Origin: Adineta vaga
Lineage: Eukaryota > Animalia > Rotifera
NCBI GenBank assembly: GCA_021613535.1
Contig: CP075495.1
Coordinates: forward strand, 14,260,001 to 14,324,000
DNA length: 64,000 nucleotides
Direction: 5' to 3'
Part shown: one piece after another, positions 54,436 to 64,000 of the stretch
Layout: each line of letters begins with the position of its first letter
Position numbering within the stretch: position 1 is the stretch's first letter
Position numbers and translations under genes: made by a program
The notes under the pieces: generated by a model
The model's database searches: none
Told to the model about the DNA's origin: nothing
What the model saw: the letters and a program-made list of their open reading frames with translations, nothing else

Positions 54436-55159
54436 TGTTGTCTAGAGAGAGAAAAGAAAGAAGACAATTAGAAAAATAGATATTAATAAATATAGAATAC
54501 AAGTATTTCTTCATGACAGCGTAATTACATTTTTTTATACACGTGTCTGTGTGTCCTAAGAATTTATTGTAGAATGAATCATCAGATCTGTCAAACTAGC
54601 TGATTTTATTTCATCGGTAGGAATAATTCATAATAAAGATCGAAAGGTAAAGACTTTTTTTTCATTGATCTTAAAGATTGTAATGATTCAATAACAGAGT
54701 GAAAATTTGACAGGATAACATCATTATCAATCCAAGCTGTTTTAGTTTGAATAACTATGAATAAAAGTATATCTATTGTATTATATTTAGAATTCAATTT
54801 CTTTCTTTTATTGAAAATAATTTTGTTTGTCGAACGGAAGAGAAAAGAAACTGATAGGGTACTATAATTTAATATATATTTTAAGAAAAATATCAAAAGA
54901 TGACGCAAAGTGACGTTGAATGCACCTATAAATATATATTCTTTGTCAATTTTGATATCGAATGAAGTAATAGTTCTATTTCGAATAAAGTTCTAGTTAG
55001 TTAAATGTCTAACAAAGTGATGTACCCATGTACAAATATGCCTAACTGTATTTGTTTCGTTCATTCGTTATTGACTAGAAATTCTTCAGTCAGTCAAATC
55101 GAAACATACGATCATTATTCTTCCGTTTTTGAGCGTCGACAAAATTTTTGTCCTACAAA

Positions 55160-57503
55160 ATGAAAATATTTAAGAAAGTTTTGAATTCTGTGTTTAATCA
55201 CACGTCCTGTGCGATTGCTAATGATGATATTGAGTATGTAGAAAATTCTTTCATGAAATTTTTCATTTAGAAATCATTATTATTTATTTAGTGTCGAAAA
55301 TAAACCAAATAAAAGTAAATCTAAACGAGCAGAAACATCACCAGTGCAAAATGAATCTACATCAACTTCAAATACAACAGGTATGGATCATGAAGAATTT
55401 CGTCGTTATGGAAAAGAAATGGTTGATTATATAGCCGATTATTTAACAAATATCAGGTGAGAAATATTCAAATCATATCGATCTTTTTCTTTATCATTAT
55501 CGTCGATAAATCCTAGTGAACGTCGAGTAACACCTGAAGTTGAACCAGGTTATTTACGACCAATGTTACCACGAAATGCACCCGAAAAAGGTGAAGCATG
55601 GGAAGATATAATGAAAGATGTCGAACGAACCATCATGCCTGGTATAACACATTGGCAACATCCACGTTTTCATGCATATTTTCCTGCCGGAAATAGTTAT
55701 CCATCGATCCTTGCAGAAATGCTTTCATCCGGTCTTGGTGTACTCGGTTTTTCATGGGCAGCAAGTCCAGCATGTACAGAACTTGAACCGATTATGCTCG
55801 ATTGGCTTGGTCGAATGATGTCTCTACCAAGTAGTTTTCTTCCATTCAATCGTGCACATGATAATGATGAAATAGAAATGTCGATTTCGAATGCAGATTG
55901 TGAATCTAATCATAATGGAGGCGGTGTGCTTCTTGTAAATAATGTTTAATTAATTTCATTGAAATATTCTGATTTTATTCTATTTAGGGATCAGCAAGTG
56001 AATCCATCTTAGTCGCTATGTTAGCAGCTCGAACAAATAAAATGGAGAGTAAACGTTCGGAAAAACCATCGATTGAAGATGGACAAATCTTATCAAAACT
56101 TGTTTGTTATACATCAAAACTTGTATGAAGATCACAATGTAGAGAAGGAGAAAAATATGAATGAAGATTTTTGTTTTCATTCTTTCAGGCTCATTCATGT
56201 GTAGAAAAGGCTGGTTTAATTGCAATGGTTAAAGTTCGTCAATTAGCTGTCGATGAACATCATTCATTACGAGGACAAACACTTGATGAATGTATACAAG
56301 CTGATAAACAAAAAGGCTTAATTCCGTTTTTTGTTCGTATTAATTTGTCTTTTATGTATTTGAAATGAAGAGATTTATTTTTCTATTTAATTTATTTAAA
56401 TAGGTATGTGGTACATTAGGTACAACATCATGTTGTTCATTTGATAATTTCGAAGAACTTGGTCAAATATGTCGACGAGAAAATCTTTGGTTTCATGTTG
56501 ATGGTGCTTATGCTGGTTCAGCACTGATTTGTAAGGAATTTCAATATTTAATCAAAGGATTTGAAGTAAATTGTTTTCATTTGTTCACTCAATGCTTCAT
56601 GGATATAGTTTCTGTTTTTTAGTATGTTAATTCATTTAATACAAATCCAAATAAATGGTTATTGATGAATTTTGATTGTTCATGTTTTTGGTAATCATTT
56701 ATTTTTCTTTCGTTTCTGTTTATATTTTTTATCTTGATAATATTAGGGTACAAGATAAATGTGCAGTGATTAATGCGATGTCGGTGGATCCACTTTACCT
56801 TCAACATAAACATGCAGAAAAAGCAACAGATTTACGAGTAAGAAAGAGCTTTTTTCTTATTTCATTATAGTTCGTGAAAAATATATATATATTTAGCATT
56901 GGGGTATTGCGTTAAGTCGTCGATTTCGATCACTTAAATTATGGTTTACCATTCGAAGTTATGGTGTTGAAGGTCTCCGACATTATATTCGCGAAGTAAG
57001 ATCCTAATTTATCTAATCTCATTTTCTATATCGAATTCATTTTTTCATTATAGCATTGTCGTTTAGCGAAACTATTTGCTAGTCTAATAAACGAAGATGT
57101 TCGTTTTGAAATGATCGGAGATGTTGTACTTGGACTTGTTTGTTTTCGTATAAAAGTATGTTTTCTTTTTGAAATAAAACAAAATCATGAAATTTCTCGT
57201 TCATCTAGGGTAAAAACAAATTAACACAAAAGTTATTATTACGTTTAAATGATTCGGGACAAATACATGTTGTACCATCAATGGTTAATGAACTCTTTTT
57301 CATTCGTTTTGCTATTTGTGCTAAGGATGCTTCGGAACTTGATATGCATATTGCATTTCAAATCATTCAAACACATACTGATGGAGTTCTCTTTGAATAT
57401 AAAAAATCAACATCATCGACATCAATTCGTAAAGTTTAATATTTATTTCAAAAGAAATTTTTTTCTCTACTTTTTCTAGTCATACGTATTTCATAGAAGA
57501 TGA
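55160..57503 (+). CDS. tdc: Tyrosine decarboxylase (group II PLP-dependent aromatic amino acid decarboxylase)
   Basis: [17 protein letters not shown] and [10 protein letters not shown] (PLP lysine) match the TDC subfamily rather than DDC or HDC. Also HVDGAYAGS and [15 protein letters not shown]. The last small exon is uncertain (stop at 57439 or 57503). Confidence 0.87.
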
Positions 57504-57894
57504 TTTTTTTTTCTATGCTGTCTCAATTTTCCTCTCTGTCTTCTTCTTCTTCTTCTTTTTTTGTGTGTACTTGTATTTATAAATAATTTATTTTTCTTAA
57601 CTGTATAATTTATAATTTTTCTAAATGAATTTTTTTTCCCAGGAGGAGAAATCAAGAATATATAAGATATCTTTGTGATAATAAAGAGTATATCTTACTG
57701 TTTATTACGAATGATAACTGAAGATTGATCGTGTCAACATATGGAAGATAATTTTCGAAGACTGGATTCTAATAAGATGTCATAATCATCTATTATATAT
57801 ATATATATGTATATTTTTGTAAATAAGAAAGAAGATTTCTTTTGATATAAAAAAAGCAACAGCAACAAGAGAAAATTTAATCATTGTAATTAAG

Positions 57895-59335
57895 TTAAAC
57901 CTTAAGAAAAACTAATTTATCTTGTTCAAGAAGATTTTCATCATTAGTTGGATTGAGTGTATCATGTTTATTATTTGAAGTTGAACTCAATTTCCATCTT
58001 GCACTATGTGGACTTTGAATTGATGATGTTATTGTTATTCCACCGCAATTGGTTTGACTTGTAAATGAATGTTGATCATGATGATTAAAATTTGGTTGAT
58101 GAATTTGTAAATATTTTGTATTTGTGGAATTGATTTTTATTGTATGTTGATCTTTCAAATCATTCGTCACTGGTAACATACAGATTGATGTCGAACGAAA
58201 ACGTCGTTGATCTTGATATTCAACTAATACACGACGAAATTGTTGTGGTGTCGATGTACGTCGTTGATTGACAGCATTCATCATATCTGTATGTAACATT
58301 GTAGCAAAACTTGGTTTCGCTCGAAAATGTATTGTTTTCATTAATACATGACGAAATTCTGTACCCGATAGACAATAACTTAATATACTTGCATAATTAA
58401 AATACATAAGAATATTATAAACTGTCCATTGAATACGTCGACAACGCATATCATCAAGTGACGCTTTATGTGATAATAAATCGATAATAAATGCTGTAAC
58501 TGGTAATGTTGTTGCAACAAAGACAAATGATGAACAAATCATCATTAAACATAATGAACGTAGACGATTTGTTGCTTTGGAACGACTAACAATTTCACTT
58601 TTTCTATTAGGACCGGAAACAAGAAATACACGATTAATAACAGTTAAATTACAAAGAATTATAAATATAAATGGGATAATAGTGACAAGAAACATATCAA
58701 TCCATGTATAGATATGTTCGAAAAAATGTACATAATCAGGATGTAAATAACATTGTTGATATTGGAATGGATTAACAGTAGAACCTGTAGAATTGAAAAG
58801 CTTTTGTTGTTGATGATTATCATCACCTTGAACAAAGATTAATAGATGGATATTTGATAATGAGAGAACAGCAAAGACAATCGTTGAGTTGATTGATGCT
58901 TGCCGTGTTCGACACCATTTCGATGTATATATAGGAAATTTAACTGCAACATAACGATCTAAATTTAAGCAACATCGAAACCAAGATGAAAGATGAAGAG
59001 TATTACTAAAATAAATCAAATCAAATCAATCTTTCTTTCTTTCTTTCAAGAAAATAAACTTACTAGAAGAAGAAAACATGTAATTTACATAATAATGTTC
59101 CTTGTATATGAATATGAAAATTCGATGATAAAAGTAAATCACGTAATAAACCAATATATAAAAGAACTGTATCAGCAATTGCCATAAATGTTAAATAACG
59201 ATAAACACTATGTTGTCTCATTTGAATTAAAACAATAATTGACAAAAGATTTCCAACTGTTCCAATTCCGAGTAAAAATGGATAAGTATATAATTCAATG
59301 TGACGTGCAATTTCTTCTCGAAGTGAACAATTCAT
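57895..59335 (-). CDS. Class A (rhodopsin-like) peptide GPCR, FMRFamide-receptor-like, 2 coding exons
   Basis: TM1 GTVGNLLSI, TM2 MAIADT, TM3 LDRYVAVKFP, TM5 IIPF, TM6 TTLP and TM7 YCLSGTEFR. Confidence 0.87.
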
Positions 59336-62300
59336 TGTCACTATTTTCGACTAATAATAATTGAACTAATAAGACGCTAACTGACGGTAATCATTGCTCT
59401 AGGGAAAAGAAGAGAAATCATTCAATTTTAAAGATAAATATGAAAAAGAGAAAAGAGAAGAGAAGAATTCAGCTTTTGTTTTCAGGTATTTTTCTGATTT
59501 TTGTCTCCAATGTCACGCGAACAAACTGATTAGAAGATAATAGAAAAAAAAACGAGAAAAAGATTTCTTTGCTTCAAATGACAACCAACAGACGTCATCA
59601 ACATGTCGATTTGTATTACACAGTTCGTTAAAAGGAAAACATAGAACGTCATAAAAAAAAGAAAGAACTTATCCAATACTTATAATTAGTACATAGATGA
59701 AATGCCGGTTATTTGTCCAAATAGTCAACATAAACAAATCAATTTTCATCATGTGTTCTAGCGAAAGAGAATAAAATGAATTCGAAATTTATTCGATGGG
59801 TACACACTTTGACTACTTTCCGTATTCTTTCTTCAGATCGAACAATAGATATTATCAATGTACAGATTGCAAATTTTCTCAAGTAGAATCTTATCGATCG
59901 AACAATAGACGAAAAAAGCGAAAGAAACGGTTTTTTTTCTGTGATCTTCGAAGAAAAAAAAAACAGAAAATAAGAAATGTGTTTTCTCTCTCGCTGTTTC
60001 TCGATTATCTTGATATAGTTTTGATCTAGAAAAGATTTGTAAAATATAAAAAAAAAGAAATCTAACCTCTTCTCAAATAACACTTTTGCTATTTCTTGTG
60101 TGAAAGCAAACATAAAAATAGAAGATAAAGAAGAATATTGTCGACTAATTCTTCGTTTTTCTTGTTTTGATAAAGATTCCGATCGATTAGAATATCTACA
60201 TTAATCGAAACGTGAACAAAAACAAAACGTACTCACTAGTTATTCATTGATCAATTCCCTGTATGATTTGAATCAGTAGAATATCTTAAAACCAGACGTT
60301 CGAGATGTTAACGAGAAAATAACAACGAAAAATTACTCGATTCTATTATATGTGATGTGTGACATGCCAACTAATTCCCTAGTGAACTTAACATTTTGTA
60401 TGTTATTGTTCAACATTATTCTCAAAACAAGTCTATTGGAAAAAATAAGCCTGTATCACAACTATGTTTTCTTTGTCGATCGTCATCAGTCTTTCTCTTC
60501 TTTCTCTTTGCATGTCTCTATCTCGTTCTTATTCTCTCTCTCTCTCTCTGTCTGTGTCTCTTAAAAGAAACAATCTTGTTGTTGTTTTATTTTATGAATT
60601 ATGTGTATAGAATCTCCTCTATTGTTGCTGTCATCTAATGACGCGCCCATCTTTCATCACCGTCCAATTTCTGAGTTGTTTCTTTGAGTACGACACGGCA
60701 CAATATATGTGTGTTGACACAACATTGAAATTAAGAAAAAGAACGAGAAAGAAAAGAGATTGAAGAATTCACAAAAAAAAATATTCGGTATGTAAAAAAA
60801 GACAGTCACTAAGCAAGATCAAGATACTTTAACGGAAGCTACTCATGATAGACGGGTCAGAGAAAAACAATATCATATATTTAATGGGCAAAGCAATCAA
60901 TCAATCTTTCTTTTATTCTTTTTTTTCTTCTTCTTCTGTCTCTCCATTGGCATATAGCATCAGAGCACGAGCGTACGACGATCATGTCCCGAGATGATAC
61001 ATACTTGCCTACATCAATCGGTCTTTATTTCATGTCACAGTTGTTTGAATAATGTTTTCTTTGTTTTTTTTTCTCGAATGATTTGATTTTTTTCCTTCTA
61101 TCTCAATTCATACCTCCCACATACACAGCATATGTGTATTCACAATAGTGTGAAGGAGTCATTATGGTAATATGAGGAGACCTTTATAAAAGCATGCATT
61201 CGATTTATTGAATAATATAACATAGTCACATGGTTCATCTTACTGCAAAGAGAAAAACATATATCGAAGTGTAGTTTGATAAAGGTAATATGAATAGTTC
61301 AAATATTTTCTCATTAGTTATTCTAGACGAAAGAATTCTTGTCTAATTATCGGAACTTTTTATAACAGATTTTTTTCTTCGTCTATCGATGTCAAAATAG
61401 ACGCAACGTTAAAAGTGGAATGTCAATTCGAATTAACGACAAATATGTCTTTCTCTTCAATGCTTGAGAAAAACAATCATTAATGAATAATCTATCGAAC
61501 TATTATCTCATAGTAAGAACAAGAAATCGATTGCATCATTGAAGATAAATGACACTCAAAGAAGAATGTCAAGACTATATCTATATCAGACTGTTAGATC
61601 GATACCACTTTCTCAAATCGAGCTCAAGGACACATTCATTGTCATAATCATTATCATTATCAACAAGCGAATATTTCTTTTCAACGTTATGTGAATGTAA
61701 ATTAGGCGTATTTCTCATACATATACATTTCTATGTTAAACAAATTTTCTATCTAACAAACATATTAATATACATGAAGTAGAATTATAAGAAGCACGTC
61801 TTGAAAGGGCACACTGAATAGCTAGCTATAAGAGTAGAGCAAGGTCTAAAAAAAAGTAATCTATAATTCTGTTAAAGATCTACCATAACTTAATGATTAT
61901 TTTTCTATTAGATTCGACATTTTTATGATTAAATGAATACATTTTTCTTTGCATAATCAATCGATTGATATTTATAAGAAGCGATTCTTTATGATAAGAA
62001 AAAGGAAAACCTCAAGAGTATCAACATACTAACAACTTACGAAAGAAGAACGCTACGAACATCCACAATAAACTTTATACCCATGATGAGAAAAGAAAGT
62101 TCTTCAAGATAATGAATAGATTGTCCCTCAAATCTCTCTTTCTTTTTTTTTCTTCTCTGTTAAACATTACCGAACTAAGGACTTCGTGTCAATGCCAATG
62201 AAAATTAGAGATTTTTGATTGAACACCATCGATCATTGTTGATAGAAATTGTCTCATGAATAATTATTTTCATAGAACTCTGGAAAAAAAAACCTCTTCA

Positions 62301-62694
62301 AATGGGACCTTGACTTCTTTATATATATATATCTTTTTTTTGTGGTTTGCATTAATTGTAGACTATACATCAATAAATAAAATCTTTTCTTCTTATTGAA
62401 ACATAGATTGACTAGACTATTGATTAAAACATACATCAAACAGATTACCATGCAATACATAACTTTCTTCTTCTTCTTCTAAATACATTAAGTATATGCA
62501 TAACTAACGGAAGTCTATATTGAGAAACATATATATTAGATTTTCATTCAACAGAAGACAAATCTGTTACATGTATTTTAAACTCTATGAATAATTCATC
62601 GAGAGAAATTTGTTGTTTTTTTTTACTCGTTTACTCTTTACAATATATACAGTACTGCAAAAGTCAATAGATCAAATAAAATTAGAATACTTTG

Positions 62695-64000
62695 TCAAGT
62701 TTTTCGTCGTCGTCGTTTTTGTTTAATTTTTATCATCGATATTGGTTTGTTTTTTGTTATAACTTTAAATATATGTTTTCTTGTTAGTTCAATATGTTTT
62801 CTTTCGGCATCTAATTCTAAATCATTTGCTAAACGAATTGCATTTGCGAATTGAGTTTTAGCAGAACGTTGATTTCCAGTAATTAAACATTTCAGTGCCA
62901 AACACATTAAATAACGTGGTCGTAATAATTTAAAATGTTTACTTATATCATACATATGAGAAATAATCAAACGTTGTTGAACTTCAAGTGGTATTATTGG
63001 AAGACGAGTTTCGATTAACCATTTTGTACATTCATAAACTTCATAGAGTGCTAATTTAAGCATACCATTACAAACACGAAATGTCCATTCTTTTAATGAC
63101 ATACCAAATTTAATTGCACGCATATAATGCTAGAAAAATTTCGAAATATTTTGAATTATTATTGAGAGAGAGAGAAGAAAAAGGCGTATATAACATTAAA
63201 TTAGTGATACTCTATTTATTATTCATTATGTGAATATAAACTATTTTTCAATTCTATCCTCGATTTATGTATCTTGTGACTCAATAATTCTATTAACTTT
63301 TGTTCCGACATTGATCCATGTTATTAGATAAAATTGCTTTTATGATTTTCTCTAAAAGAACAGATTAACATCATAGTCTAGACAAATCCAAAAGTACTTG
63401 GACTAAGATAAGTTGAAATATCAATATATAGAGTGTGAATTTGTGTTTTTTCTTTTTGAAATTCATAAGAGAGTTTTATACCTCATTAGCTCGATCTAAT
63501 TTAATAATCTTCGTATAAGATTCAACTAAAGTTGCTTGAGCATAAAAAACAATCGTTAGAAATTTATGAATATCTCCTGGTGTTGATGTTTTCTTTTCCA
63601 CATGTTCAAGTAAATAATCAATTGCAAGAACAATTTCATTTAATAAATTTTCATCATATTCAATATTTAATTCCACAAATGTTTCTAATGTTAAAATAAA
63701 TGACCAAAGACGATTTTCATATTGTAATGGTCGATTTGATTCATTATCAATAATATCAATTAAATCTCTTATAACTCCTTCTTTTCGACCAATTAATGCT
63801 GCCTAGAATACTTCAAATAAATCGTTCATTAACTCAATTCTATTCATTTACTTGTAAACTATATGTTGCAACTGTCATTAAATGTTCATAAGCACCAATT
63901 TTATTAACTAAATCTTTAATTTTATATGAATCATTTAAAGCTCGATCAATTTTTCCTCGATATAGATTCCATATCATTGATAACCAATTTGATTTAATTG
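62695..64000 (-). CDS. 3' portion of a multi-exon gene; the helical C-terminus resembles soluble adenylyl cyclase type 10 (ADCY10-like)
   Basis: Terminal PRYLMCLALKCLITGNQRSAKTQFANAIRLA resembles the ADCY10 C-terminal TPR-like segment (recalled, not aligned). The catalytic part lies outside the window. Confidence 0.45.

Noticed and set aside
59739-62460. Short ORFs upstream of the GPCR
   Set aside because: Compositionally biased with no domains. Likely UTR, intron or intergenic sequence.

Overview
AT-rich eukaryotic genomic DNA with many ~45-65 bp GT-AG introns. Intron size, composition and an F-box/NLRC3-type LRR gene suggest a bdelloid rotifer (inference, not verified). After a gene-poor first ~7.7 kb the window carries about 20 spliced genes. 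In order: UFSP1, an orphan, EXOSC7/RRP42 (with a PITP-domain gene nested antisense in one intron), SERINC, cyclin E, an F-box-LRR gene, a 71-aa six-cysteine secreted peptide, a tail-anchored protein, a secreted orphan, GPD1, APH-1, a PTGES2 pseudo-copy, an orphan with a MITE, PTGES2, SLC34A, a sphingomyelin-synthase-like gene, a GT92-like gene, ATM, tyrosine decarboxylase, a peptide GPCR and the 3' end of an ADCY10-like gene. The most striking structure is the F-box-LRR gene (19.6-22.3 kb): twelve 84-bp phase-0 one-LRR exons plus a terminal LRR exon, in ~141-bp exon+intron units with homogenised introns, hypervariable concave-face codons and visible mosaic exons. It is a candidate recombination- or splicing-diversified intracellular recognition receptor. 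Also notable are operon-like co-oriented clusters with splice acceptors just before the ATG, a PTGES2/APH-1 duplication whose 99%-identical tract ends at splice sites, and a defensin-like peptide missed by the ORF track. Exon structures were read by eye, so coordinates may be off by a few nt.
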